A stretch of 64,000 nucleotides of DNA from Candidatus Eiseniibacteriota bacterium. GTDB lineage: Bacteria; Eisenbacteria; RBG-16-71-46; CAIMUX01; VGJL01. The notes under the pieces were generated by a model. It was given only the letters and a program-made list of their open reading frames with translations, did not search any database and had not been told where the DNA came from. The stretch is from positions 256,001 to 320,000 of the forward strand of contig JBHGAY010000001.1 in the NCBI GenBank assembly GCA_041946735.1. Reading direction: 5' to 3'. The first letter of the stretch is position 1; each line of letters begins with the position of its first letter. A program made the translations under genes and the position numbers. This document shows, one piece after another, positions 1-9,728 of the stretch.

Positions 1-1
1 C

Positions 2-778
2 GTGCTGAACGTCTGGAAGTCGGTCGGCCGTTACGCGAGCGAGGGATACACGGCGATCATTCACGGCAAGCTCGATCACGAAGAGACGCGCGCGACCTGT
101 TCGCAGGTCCGGGAGAAGAGCGGCTCCTTCGTCGTCGTGCGCGACCTCGAGCAGGGCAAGAGGCTCGCCAGCTTCCTCGAGGGGAAGCTGGATCGTGACG
201 CCTTCGACCGGGAATTCGCGGGGGCCGTCTCCCCCGGCTTCGATCCCGACCGCGATCTCCGGCGTATCGGCCTCGCGAACCAGACGACGATGCTCTCCTC
301 GGAGTCGCTCGCGATCGCCGAGTCGCTCCGCGCAAGCCTGGTCCGCCGTTACGGCGATGAGGAAGCCTCTCGCCGCTTCCTCTCCTTCGAGACGATCTGC
401 AGCGCGACGCAGGACCGGCAGGACGCGGTCGAGGAGATGCTCGCCTCCGGCCTCGACGTGCTCGTCGTGATCGGAGGCTTCAACAGCAGCAACACGGGGC
501 ATCTCGTCGAAATCGGAGCCGAGAAGATACCGACCTACCACGTGGAATCTGCGGACGATCTGCTGTCCCGCCGCTGGATCCGCCACAAGCCGCTCGGCGA
601 TCCCGATCCGATCACGATCGGCGCATGGCTCCCCGACGGCCCGGCCACGATCGGGGTCACCGCCGGAGCATCGACGCCCAACAGCGAGATCGGCCGCACC
701 ATCCTGAAGATCCTGCGGCTGCGGGGCGTTCCCGACTCGTTCCTCGCCGAGCTGGTCTCGACCGCTCCCCAGGATTGA
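2..778 (+). CDS. ispH: 4-hydroxy-3-methylbut-2-enyl diphosphate reductase (IspH/LytB), 5'-truncated by window edge
   Basis: Motifs IIHGKxxHEE, NQTTM, TICSATQDRQ, IGGFNSSNT, GVTAGASTP. Confidence 0.95.
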   Translation: MLNVWKSVGRYASEGYTAIIHGKLDHEETRATCSQVREKSGSFVVVRDLEQGKRLASFLEGKLDRDAFDREFAGAVSPGFDPDRDLRRIGLANQTTMLSSESLAIAESLRASLVRRYGDEEASRRFLSFETICSATQDRQDAVEEMLASGLDVLVVIGGFNSSNTGHLVEIGAEKIPTYHVESADDLLSRRWIRHKPLGDPDPITIGAWLPDGPATIGVTAGASTPNSEIGRTILKILRLRGVPDSFLAELVSTAPQD

Positions 779-794
779 CAGGCCGGGAGGAGCC

Positions 795-2870
795 ATGTCG
801 GCCTCCGGCCCGCGCATCCCGGCAGCAGCGCCCGTCCTCGCGCTCGCCGCGACTGCGATGGCCCTCGCCCTTGCGCTCGCCCCGGTGGCGATCCCCGCGC
901 TCGCGTCGATGGCGATCGGCTCCGCCCCGGCGGCCGCGATCGCCTTGCCCCCCGGCGGCGGCCATCCCGACGATCCGGCCGCGAAGGAGGCTCTCGCCCC
1001 CCTCCCGCGCGCACGGGACCGCGTCGCGCCTCGCCGCCTCGCGCCCCGCCCCCTCGCGCGCGACGACCGAGGCTTCGATGCCCAGGATCTCCGTCTCGCC
1101 ATCGACATCGACTTCGACAGCCGGACGATCGAGGCCTCAGCCCGGCATCGCTTCCTCGCCACCGCCCCGCTCGACACCCTCGTTCTCGACCTCACCGACT
1201 CGCTCGCGGTCGACGCCGTCCTCCGATCCGACCGGCCGCTCGCCTTCTCGCACGCAGGCGGGTTGCTCTCGATTGCGCTCGCTCCTCCCCTCTCGCCCGG
1301 CGACACCGGTTCGGTCACGGTCCTCTATCACGGACGCCCTCCTCGGACCGCCCTCCTCGGCTTCGCCTTCGAGACGCGCGACGACGGGTCGCCCGGCGCG
1401 TACACCCTCAGCGAGCCGGACGGCGCTTCGAGCTGGTGGCCGTGCAAGGACGTCCCGAGCGACAAGATGACCGCGACGATCGACCTCACCGTCCCCGACA
1501 CGCTCTGGGCAGGATCCAACGGGCGGCTCGTTTCGGACGAGGTCGCAGCCGGTCGCCGCCGCCAGGTCTGGCGCGAGAGCCATCCGATCGCGCCGTATCT
1601 CGTCAGCATCGCGTGCACGAACTACGCGCGCTTCGGCGGCACCTTCGTCTCACAGGACGGGATCGAGATGCCGCTGCTCTTCCTCGCATGGCCGGAGGAC
1701 AGCGCCGACGCGGCCGCTTCCTGGGGACGAACCGCGGCAATGCTCGCCGCCTTCGAGGATCGCTTTGGCCCCTACCCGTTCCTTTCGGAGAAATACGGGA
1801 TGGCCGAGTTCTCGTGGGGCGGAGCGATGGAGCACCAGACGCTCTCCTCGATGGGGGCCTATTCCATCGACGGCACCGACGGCAACGACTGGATCGTCGC
1901 TCACGAGATGGCGCACCAGTGGTGGGGCGACGATGTCACCTGCGCGGACTTCGACCACATCTGGCTGAACGAGGGGTTCGCGCGCTACGCGGAGGCGATC
2001 TGGTTCGAGTCGCAGGGAGGCATCGAAGCCTACCGCGACTGGATGCGAAGGATGTGGCGGCCTTCCTTCCCCGGCGCGATCGTCCCGCCCGACTATCTCT
2101 TCAACTCGACCGTCTATTTGAAAGGCGCCTGGGTCCTGCACATGCTACGGGGGATCCTGGGGGACGAAGCGTTCTTCGACGTCCTCTCGCTCTATCGCAG
2201 CCGCCACTCGGGCGGCGCGGCGACGACGGAGGATCTGATCCGTGCGGCGGAGACGGTCGCCGGCCGTTCCCTCCGCTGGTTCTTCGATCCCTGGATCTAC
2301 GGCACGGGCCGGCCCGCCTACCTCACGAGCTGGACGACCGACCCCGGGCCGGAGGGGACCGCAATCGAGCTGACGATCGAACAGACCCAACCCGAGCCTC
2401 CCTTCCGGATGCCGATCGAAGTCGAGATCGAGGACGCGCTGGGAAGTTACCGGGTGCGGGTCGACGACAGCCTTCGCGTGCAGACGTTCCGGATCGCAAT
2501 CCGGATGCCGGTCGAGGGCACGCGCCTCGACCCGGACGACTGGATCCTCAAGGACGGGATCGGCGGCTCCTCCGTCGCGGATCTCGACGGACTGCCGTGG
2601 ATCCAGAACCCGATCCGGCCTCCGCGCCCCTCCCCGGGCCGCCCGCCGTTCCGGATCGAGCTGGCGCCGCCCCTGCGCGGCGCCGTTCTCGAGCTGTTCG
2701 ATCCCTCGGGAAGACGGATCGCCGTGTTGCCCGCCGCCCGCGAGGGCGTCACCGCCTGGGACGGACGCGACGCAAGCGGGCGCGAGGCGGCGGCGGGGCT
2801 CTACTTCCTCCGCTCCCGTCCCTCGCCCGAGCGGCCGGCCGCCACACGGAGCCTGATCGTCCTGCGGTGA
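795..2870 (+). CDS. Secreted M1-family zinc aminopeptidase with C-terminal FlgD-Ig/T9SS-like domain
   Basis: Signal-like N-terminus, GAMEH, HEMAH...NEGFA zinc motif, YLKGAWVLHMLR, C-terminal WDGRDASG..AAGLYFLR; GGAGGAG SD. Confidence 0.9.
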   Translation: MSASGPRIPAAAPVLALAATAMALALALAPVAIPALASMAIGSAPAAAIALPPGGGHPDDPAAKEALAPLPRARDRVAPRRLAPRPLARDDRGFDAQDLRLAIDIDFDSRTIEASARHRFLATAPLDTLVLDLTDSLAVDAVLRSDRPLAFSHAGGLLSIALAPPLSPGDTGSVTVLYHGRPPRTALLGFAFETRDDGSPGAYTLSEPDGASSWWPCKDVPSDKMTATIDLTVPDTLWAGSNGRLVSDEVAAGRRRQVWRESHPIAPYLVSIACTNYARFGGTFVSQDGIEMPLLFLAWPEDSADAAASWGRTAAMLAAFEDRFGPYPFLSEKYGMAEFSWGGAMEHQTLSSMGAYSIDGTDGNDWIVAHEMAHQWWGDDVTCADFDHIWLNEGFARYAEAIWFESQGGIEAYRDWMRRMWRPSFPGAIVPPDYLFNSTVYLKGAWVLHMLRGILGDEAFFDVLSLYRSRHSGGAATTEDLIRAAETVAGRSLRWFFDPWIYGTGRPAYLTSWTTDPGPEGTAIELTIEQTQPEPPFRMPIEVEIEDALGSYRVRVDDSLRVQTFRIAIRMPVEGTRLDPDDWILKDGIGGSSVADLDGLPWIQNPIRPPRPSPGRPPFRIELAPPLRGAVLELFDPSGRRIAVLPAAREGVTAWDGRDASGREAAAGLYFLRSRPSPERPAATRSLIVLR

Positions 2871-3190
2871 CTGCCAGGCGATGGCGGTCTCGACCGTCCG
2901 GGCCGTGAGCGTCGCGCCCCGGCGCGGGGCCCCCGCGCGACACCTCGGCGGCCCCCTCGCGCTCGGCCGCCGGCACCGCCGGGTGAGCCGCCCGGCGATC
3001 CGCGCGAGAGATCCGTGCGAGCGATCCATATCCGTTGTGGCTGGGCTGGGCGATCCGCGATACTCTCGTTTGGCAATCCCCCACTCCTTTCGTGAGGCCG
3101 CGGGGGCGCCGGCACGGGCCGCGAGTCGCCGGCATGGGCGGGGAGGATGAGGTTCGAGGCCTCGATGCACCCATCAAGGAGTCCCTCCGG

Positions 3191-4141
3191 ATGACCGAGA
3201 ACCGATGCGCTCTCGAGGGGAAGAACTATGCGATCCGCCGGCGCCGCGTCCTGACGCCCGGCCCCGACGGGATCCTGGAGTTCGTGGTCGACGCGCCGCT
3301 CGTCGCGCGCCACGCGCAGGCAGGCCAGTTCGTGATCGTGCGGACTTCGGATCGGGCCGAGCGGATCCCGCTCACGATCGCCGCCTACGATCCGGACGCC
3401 GGAACGATCACGTTGATCTTCCAGATGGTCGGTTTCTCGACGCGGGAGATGGGAAAGCTCCAGGAAGGCGACGCGATCCTCGATCTCCTCGGCCCGCTCG
3501 GGACGCCGATCGCCGTCGCGAAACATGACCTGCCGGTGATCGTGATCGGCGGGGGCGTCGGAATCGCCCCGATCTGGCCGAAGGTCAAGGAGCTCCACGC
3601 GAGGGGCAACACGGTGATCACGATCATCGGCGCCCGCACGAAAGACCTCCTGATCCTCGAGGACGAGCTGAAGCCGATCTCGACCGAGCTGCACGTGACG
3701 ACCGACGACGGCTCCTACAGCCGCAAGGGATTCGTCACCACGGTTCTCCACGAGGTGCTCGAACGGCTCGAGGGACGCGCGGCCGAAGTGATCGCCGTCG
3801 GTCCCCTCCCGATGATGGAGGCGGTCGTGAAGGAGATGGCCGGCAAGGGATTCCGCGACTCCTACGACCCCTCGATCGACTACGACCCGCGGAGAGTCCC
3901 GCTGCTCGTCAGCCTCAATCCGATCATGGTGGACGGAACGGGAATGTGCGGCGGCTGCCGCGTCAACATCTGGGACCCGAAGAAGGGGGAATACGCGACG
4001 CGATTCTCCTGCGTGGACGGTCCCGCGTTCGACGGCTATGCGGTCGACTTCGCCGGCCTCACCCGGCGCAACCGTCAGTACGTGAAGCTCGAAAGGCTGG
4101 TGAGAGATGGATCGCGAGCAGGCGAAGAAGGACGCGCTTAG
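3191..4141 (+). CDS. nfnA: Sulfide/dihydroorotate dehydrogenase-like FAD/NAD-binding [2Fe-2S] subunit (NfnA/SudB type)
   Basis: AGQFVIVR, ERIPLTI, GPLG, GGGVGIAP, DGTGMCGGCRV...CVDGP; ATG at 3191 follows AAGGAG. Confidence 0.88.
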   Translation: MTENRCALEGKNYAIRRRRVLTPGPDGILEFVVDAPLVARHAQAGQFVIVRTSDRAERIPLTIAAYDPDAGTITLIFQMVGFSTREMGKLQEGDAILDLLGPLGTPIAVAKHDLPVIVIGGGVGIAPIWPKVKELHARGNTVITIIGARTKDLLILEDELKPISTELHVTTDDGSYSRKGFVTTVLHEVLERLEGRAAEVIAVGPLPMMEAVVKEMAGKGFRDSYDPSIDYDPRRVPLLVSLNPIMVDGTGMCGGCRVNIWDPKKGEYATRFSCVDGPAFDGYAVDFAGLTRRNRQYVKLERLVRDGSRAGEEGRA

Positions 4142-5606
4142 ACAAAGGACCAAGACCCCGATGCCGATGCAGGACCCCGAGGTCCGCGTCCGCAACTTCT
4201 CGTCGGTGGAGCTTGGCTATTCCCCGGATCTCGCCTGGAACGAATCGAACCGGTGCATCCACTGCAAGGATCCCCGCTGCATTCCGTACTGCCCCGTCGA
4301 GATCGACATCCGCTCGATGATGGACGCGGTGAAGGAAGAGGACTACGCGAAGGCGTATCAGGTCATCGTGAAGTCGAATCTCTTCCCCTCGATCACCGGA
4401 CGGGTCTGCCCGCAGGAGAGCCAGTGCGAGATGGTCTGCGTCAAGGGGATCAAGGGGGAGCCGGTCGGCATCGGGTTCGTCGAGAAGTTTCTCGGCGACT
4501 GGGCGCGGGAACATGGGGTGCGTCCCGACTCGAACCTCCCGCCGTGGAACGGCAAGAGGATCGCGGTCATCGGATCGGGACCTGCCGGGCTGTCCGCCTC
4601 GGCCGACCTCGTGCGGCTCGGCTACCAGGTGGTGATGTACGAAGCGCTCCATCGCGCCGGCGGCGTTCTGCAGTACGGGATCCCGGAGTTCCGCCTCCCG
4701 AAGAAGATCGTCGACTTCGAGATCGACAACCTTCGCTCGCTCGGGGTCGAGATTCACCTGAACACTCTCGTCGGCCGGACGATCACCATGGACGAGCTGA
4801 TCGACGGCTTCGACGCCGTCTTCATCGGCACGGGCGCCGGACTTCCCTACTTCATGAACATTCCCGGCGAGCAGCTCTCCGGCGTCTACTCGGCGAACGA
4901 GTTCCTCACGCGCGCGAACCTGATGGAGGCGCGCTCCTTCCCCGAGGCTCCCACGCCGATCCACGTCGGCAAGAGGGTGGGCGTGGTCGGGGGCGGCAAC
5001 GTCGCGATGGACGCCGCGCGCGTCTCGAAGCGGCTCGGCGCGGATCGGGTCGACGTGATCTACCGGCGCACGAAGGCGGAGATGCCGGCGCGCGCGGACG
5101 AGATCCACCACGCGGAAGAGGAGGGGATCCAGTTCCTCTACCTGCACTCCCCCGTCGCGATCCTCGGCGACGACGAGGGATGGGTGAAGGAGGTCGAGAT
5201 GATCCGGATGGAGCTGGGAGAGCCCGACGAGTCGGGCCGGCGCCGTCCGGTCACCATTCCAAACTCGAACTTCCGCGTCGAGTACGACGTCCTCATCATG
5301 GCGATCGGCCAGGGTCCCAACCCGCTCCTGTCGAGCCTGACCCCGTACCTCAAGACGAACAAGTGGGGGCAGCTCGTGATCGATCCGAAGAGTCTCGCCC
5401 TCGACGGGCACGGCGCGGCCGAGAAGCTCGGGGGCGAAAGGGTGCCGGACATCCCGATCCTCTGCGCCGGCGGCGACATCATCGGATCGCAGGCCGGAGC
5501 GGGCGGGACGGTCATCGCGGCGATGGGCCACGGCAAAATCGCGGCCCGCACCATCCACGAGATGCTGGAGGGACGGCCGCCGAAGAAGCCTCTCGCCGTC
5601 TCGTAG
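4107..5606 (+). CDS. nfnB: NADPH-dependent glutamate synthase small-subunit-like Fe-S flavoprotein (GltA/GltD family; NfnB/SudA)
   Basis: RCIHCKDPRC..CPV and GRVCPQESQCE clusters, IGSGPAG, YGIPEFRLPK, GGGNVAMDAAR; overlaps nfnA-like gene; no gltB adjacent. Confidence 0.88.
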   Translation: MDREQAKKDALRQRTKTPMPMQDPEVRVRNFSSVELGYSPDLAWNESNRCIHCKDPRCIPYCPVEIDIRSMMDAVKEEDYAKAYQVIVKSNLFPSITGRVCPQESQCEMVCVKGIKGEPVGIGFVEKFLGDWAREHGVRPDSNLPPWNGKRIAVIGSGPAGLSASADLVRLGYQVVMYEALHRAGGVLQYGIPEFRLPKKIVDFEIDNLRSLGVEIHLNTLVGRTITMDELIDGFDAVFIGTGAGLPYFMNIPGEQLSGVYSANEFLTRANLMEARSFPEAPTPIHVGKRVGVVGGGNVAMDAARVSKRLGADRVDVIYRRTKAEMPARADEIHHAEEEGIQFLYLHSPVAILGDDEGWVKEVEMIRMELGEPDESGRRRPVTIPNSNFRVEYDVLIMAIGQGPNPLLSSLTPYLKTNKWGQLVIDPKSLALDGHGAAEKLGGERVPDIPILCAGGDIIGSQAGAGGTVIAAMGHGKIAARTIHEMLEGRPPKKPLAVS

Positions 5607-5628
5607 CCCGCCCCGATACGATCCGGGG

Positions 5629-6108
5629 GTGAACCGGACCCGGATCTCCAGGCTCTTCCTCCTCGGACTCGCCGCCGTGGCGCTCGCCGCCGCGGCTTCC
5701 TGTTCGCTGGCACCTCGCCCCGCTCCCCCGATCCTCCTCGGACAGCAGTGGGAGAGCGCCCGGCCTCGCCTCGACGCTTGGCGGGCCGCCGCGACCGGAG
5801 GCGTCTCGCGCGCCTACGACGCGCAGCAGATCGCCAGCGCAGAGGTGCGCGAGTTCCCGCCGCTCGACTCCCTGCTCCTCGCCGACGTCTATCGCAGAGC
5901 CGGGGTGCGGGACAGCCGCTTCCTTCGCTTTCCGCCGGCGCCGGCGGAGCACGGCCGGCTCTGTCGCGAGAGCTACATCTTCTATCTGCGAGAGAACCGG
6001 ATCGCGGGGGTCGAGTACCGGGCGGTCGTGTCGAACGGCGCCGGCGGGTACCGCCAGGACGCCGACGCGATCGGCGACATCCCCGGAGCGATCCTCACGG
6101 GAACCTGA
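5629..6108 (+). CDS. Hypothetical lipoprotein
   Basis: Hydrophobic N-terminus with AASC lipobox-like motif; fills gap between nfnB and receptor on same strand. Confidence 0.6.
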   Translation: MNRTRISRLFLLGLAAVALAAAASCSLAPRPAPPILLGQQWESARPRLDAWRAAATGGVSRAYDAQQIASAEVREFPPLDSLLLADVYRRAGVRDSRFLRFPPAPAEHGRLCRESYIFYLRENRIAGVEYRAVVSNGAGGYRQDADAIGDIPGAILTGT

Positions 6109-6209
6109 GCGCCCGGAGACGTTCGGTGCGAACGTCAGGCGGCGATGAACCTCGATCCGGCCAAAGGCGAAGGAGGGGATCTGCTCACCCGGCGCGGTCT
6201 GGTCGGCTG

Positions 6210-8405
6210 GTGAGACGCGTCACCATTCGCTCGATCCGGCTGGCGATCTCGGCACCGCTGCTTCTGGCTTCGACTTCACTTCTCCTGGCGGGCGGGCGCG
6301 CCGAGGCCGCCGCCGGAGCGCGCGAGCTGCGCGGCCTGGTCCTCGATCACGAGACGGGAGAGCCGGTCGCGCAGGCGATCGTGCGAGCCGGGAGCTCCTC
6401 GCGCGCGGAGTCCGACTCGCTCGGCCGCTTCCGCTTCGCCAGCGTTCCCGACAGCGCCTTCGATATCGAGGTGACGCGCGTCTCCTATCTTGCGTGGAAG
6501 AAGCGCATCGGAGCGCTCGGCGAAAGGTCGAGCCATTCGCTCGAGATGACGATTCGCCTCCGGCCCGATCTCCGCACGCTCGAGATGATCGAGGTCGGCG
6601 CGCGGCGGCCCGACCCCGAGGTCCCGCAGGGGAAACGCGAGATTCCCGCCATGACGATTCGCAAGAGCGCGGGGACGGTGGCGACCGATCCGCTGCGCGC
6701 CGTGCAGGCGCTGCCGGGCGCGGCGGCGGCCGGCGACGACTTCGCCGACCGCTACGTCGTGCGCGGCGGCGATCCCGAAGAGAACCTCGTCCTCTACGAC
6801 GGCTACCCGTTGCTTCAGCCGATCCACCTCGAAGGATTCACATCGGTCGTCTACGACGATCTGATCGGCGCCGCCGACGTCTATCCCGGACCGCTGCCTC
6901 CCCGCTATGGCGACGCGCTCTCGAGCGTCACCTCGCTCTCCCCCGCGACCGTCGCGTCGAACCGGCGCGTCTTCCGCTACGACCTCGGGTCGATCGCGCT
7001 CGGCGCGCTGCACTCCACCGGGAGCGCCGACGCGATCGCCGCGGCGCGCACGAGTTTCTACAACCTGGTCGTGCGCCGTCCCCCGGGGATCGACGATCGC
7101 TCCTTCCAGGACCTGGCCGGGCGCCTGGCGATGCCGCGAGGGGACCGCGAGGCGAGCCTCACCTTCGTCGGCTCCCGCGACCGCGAGTCGGGCGACATCG
7201 ATCGCGACGCGGACGCCTGGCTCGCCGGCGTGCGCTACGCGGCGGGGAACGAACGCAAGGGATTCCGCGTCGAGGGGTATGCGACCGAGCGCGACCGGAC
7301 GACCGTCACGGAGAAGGCGAAGGCGAGGACGCGGGCAGACCTGCAGAGGATTGCGATCGCCGGCGGCGCCCGCGGCCCCCTGGGACGCTGGGTCTCGGGG
7401 AGCGCCGACCTGGAGTTCCGGTCGGATCGCTTCGAAGGGGAGCGGTTGCCCGCCCGCTCCTCGGCCGGCGGATTCGTCTCCGCCGAGGCGACGCGGACCG
7501 ATTCGAAGCTCGCGATTGCGGCAGGCGGAAGAATCGAGAAGATCCCGTTCACCGATGGAGTCTGCGCCTCTCCCTACGCGTCCCTGCGGTACCTCGGATG
7601 GGGGCGAGTCGTGCCGGGCGCCGGCGCGCGCATCGTCCGGCAGAGCCCCTTCCTTCTCACCGAGGCTCCGGAGGTCGCGGGCCTGCCGGTCGATCCCGAA
7701 GATCTGCTGGCGGCCGGAGACGGGAACGTGAAGCCGCTCGAAGCGCGGCACGCGGCCGCTTCGCTCCAGGCGGACCTCGGCGCCGGCCTCAGCGCCGGCG
7801 TGGAGGCGTACTGGAAGGAGTACCGTCATCTGCTTCAGTGGGACGGGGACGCGCAAGGAGGGATAGCGGCGGGTGTGCGCGACACCGGCACGGGGCGCGG
7901 GCGAGGCGTCGAGCTTTCGGTGCGCCGGGACGGAGAGGCGAGGCGCGTGCGCGGATGGATGACGCTGTCTCTCTCGAGCACGAAGAAGGCGGAAGGTCCG
8001 TCGGCGGAGATGCGTCCCGCCGATCAGGACAGGCCCTGGATGGTGCAGGCTGCCGTCGACCTGCCCATACGGGGCGGCACCTCCTTGAGCTTCGGATACC
8101 GCGCGGCGGCCGGGAGGCCGATCACTCCTCTCGTGCCCGGAGGAGGGGGGACGCTGATCGCCGGAGAGGTGAACAGCACGAGGCTGCCGGACTATCACCG
8201 ATTCGACGTGAAGCTGGAACACCGAATCGCGGGGAAGGGGGACGGAGGCGAGGAGGCATTCCTGTACCTCGACGTGCTGAACCTCTTCAATCAGAAGAAC
8301 GTCGTCGACGTCGTGCAGTACGTCGGAGCGGGCGGGACGCCGGCGAGGATCGAGGTGCAAGGCGTGCGCATCCTGCCGATCGCCGGGTTCGGCTTCTACT
8401 TCTAG
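6210..8405 (+). CDS. TonB-dependent receptor with N-terminal carboxypeptidase-regulatory-like domain
   Basis: Signal peptide, LRGLVLDHETGEPV..SDSLGRF, plug DPLRAVQALPG/VRGG/ENLVLYDG, RLPDYHRFD, LNLFNQKN, C-terminal F; start estimated (GTG 6210). Confidence 0.85.
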   Translation: MRRVTIRSIRLAISAPLLLASTSLLLAGGRAEAAAGARELRGLVLDHETGEPVAQAIVRAGSSSRAESDSLGRFRFASVPDSAFDIEVTRVSYLAWKKRIGALGERSSHSLEMTIRLRPDLRTLEMIEVGARRPDPEVPQGKREIPAMTIRKSAGTVATDPLRAVQALPGAAAAGDDFADRYVVRGGDPEENLVLYDGYPLLQPIHLEGFTSVVYDDLIGAADVYPGPLPPRYGDALSSVTSLSPATVASNRRVFRYDLGSIALGALHSTGSADAIAAARTSFYNLVVRRPPGIDDRSFQDLAGRLAMPRGDREASLTFVGSRDRESGDIDRDADAWLAGVRYAAGNERKGFRVEGYATERDRTTVTEKAKARTRADLQRIAIAGGARGPLGRWVSGSADLEFRSDRFEGERLPARSSAGGFVSAEATRTDSKLAIAAGGRIEKIPFTDGVCASPYASLRYLGWGRVVPGAGARIVRQSPFLLTEAPEVAGLPVDPEDLLAAGDGNVKPLEARHAAASLQADLGAGLSAGVEAYWKEYRHLLQWDGDAQGGIAAGVRDTGTGRGRGVELSVRRDGEARRVRGWMTLSLSSTKKAEGPSAEMRPADQDRPWMVQAAVDLPIRGGTSLSFGYRAAAGRPITPLVPGGGGTLIAGEVNSTRLPDYHRFDVKLEHRIAGKGDGGEEAFLYLDVLNLFNQKNVVDVVQYVGAGGTPARIEVQGVRILPIAGFGFYF

Positions 8406-8414
8406 TCCGGCCGG

Positions 8415-9158
8415 TCAGGGCAGGATCTCGACGGGTGTGCCGTCGGGCAGAGCGGCGTACAGCTCGCGGATGTCGGGGTTCGTCAAGGCGACGCAGCCGA
8501 GAGTCCAGTTCTGCCCCAGATCCATCGTGGCCGGATCGACGTCGCCCGGCAGCACCCCTGCCCTTCGACCGGCGTCCGCCTGTTCCTCGCGCAGTCTCTC
8601 GGTCGTCTTCGGGTCCTGACCGTGGAGGAAGATCTCACCCCCCAGGGCGGTCCCCGCCCGCGGGCACACGCCTTGCGCCCGGTGCTTCCGCAGCTCTTCC
8701 GCTTCGTCGGAAGAGATCCACAACGAGTCGAGCCCGCGCGCGATGTCCGCCTCGTTCGGATAGTCGATCTGCAGGCTCAGGTGGTAGCGAGAGTTCGGGT
8801 TGTGGTGGCAAATGGCGTAGGAGCCTTCCGGCGTCCTGCCGTCCCCGTAGAAGCGTTTCGGGCCGATCGGCTGCCTGCCCAGCTCGATCCGGTAGGTCTT
8901 CAGCAGCCGCTCTCCGGAATACAGCTTCAGCATGTACGCGCTCTTCCAGACCTCCACTCGGGCGGCGGGGACGAACGGACCTGCGACACCCAAGCCCTGG
9001 AGGATCTCGGGAAGTGGAATCTCCGGACCGTAGAGCGCGCGGTCGTAGGGGATGCAGCAGGGGGCAGGAGCCGTTTGCTGCGCTCCGGCAGGGCCGGCAG
9101 CGATCGCCAGGACAAAGGCAAGGAGTCGCGCGCGGGAACCCATCTCGAGGAGAAGCAT
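8415..9158 (-). CDS. L,D-transpeptidase family protein (YkuD domain, YafK-like)
   Basis: GPKRFYGDGRTPEGSY, NPNSRYHLSLQIDYPN, IFLHG...WTLGCVAL; start chosen after GGAGG SD. Confidence 0.88.
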   Translation of the reverse strand: MLLLEMGSRARLLAFVLAIAAGPAGAQQTAPAPCCIPYDRALYGPEIPLPEILQGLGVAGPFVPAARVEVWKSAYMLKLYSGERLLKTYRIELGRQPIGPKRFYGDGRTPEGSYAICHHNPNSRYHLSLQIDYPNEADIARGLDSLWISSDEAEELRKHRAQGVCPRAGTALGGEIFLHGQDPKTTERLREEQADAGRRAGVLPGDVDPATMDLGQNWTLGCVALTNPDIRELYAALPDGTPVEILP

Positions 9159-9245
9159 ACTCGCGCGGCCCCCTCCGGCCACCGGCATCCGCCGCGGCTG
9201 CGGGTTGCCAGCCGCGCGAGGACCATGTTAGGGTGGCCGGTCGTC

Positions 9246-9647
9246 ATGGGTTTGCATCGCCACAGGGCCTTGCGCATCGCGCTGGGCGGATTGCTCCTCC
9301 TGACCCTTCTGGGCCTGGGCGGTTTCGACGTCGTCTACTGTCACGGTTCCGACGGCCATGTCGGGGTCAAGACGAACGGCAGTTCCTGCTGCCCCTCCCC
9401 GGCCGCCTGCGGCCAGGGAGCGGAGGATGCCGCCTCGCTCCGGTCGGCTCCTCCGGACGCGCCGGGGACCTGCCAGGACACTCCGCTGCTCCAAGGAATC
9501 CAGCATGCACATGCCGCGGCCCTGACTTTCGATGCGCCGGTCGCGACGATCCTGCGGCCGCCCGCGATCGCAGCCACGGCGGCCATACCGCTCGACGCAG
9601 CCCCATCGATCCTGCTGCATCTCCGGTCCACGACCCTCCGGATCTGA
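9246..9647 (+). CDS. Small Cys/His-containing exported/leader protein upstream of czcCBA-like operon
   Basis: N-terminal hydrophobic helix, YCHGSDGH, CC, CQDTPL, Pro/Ala linker, C-terminal LRSTTLRI; alternative ATG at 9225. Confidence 0.7.
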   Translation: MGLHRHRALRIALGGLLLLTLLGLGGFDVVYCHGSDGHVGVKTNGSSCCPSPAACGQGAEDAASLRSAPPDAPGTCQDTPLLQGIQHAHAAALTFDAPVATILRPPAIAATAAIPLDAAPSILLHLRSTTLRI

Positions 9648-9728
9648 TACCCCCCGGCTTCGGCGAAGGAATTGCCGTGCTGCCGCTTCCGGCGCGCGGG
9701 AGTCGCTTCACGCCTCCAGGGGGAGAAG

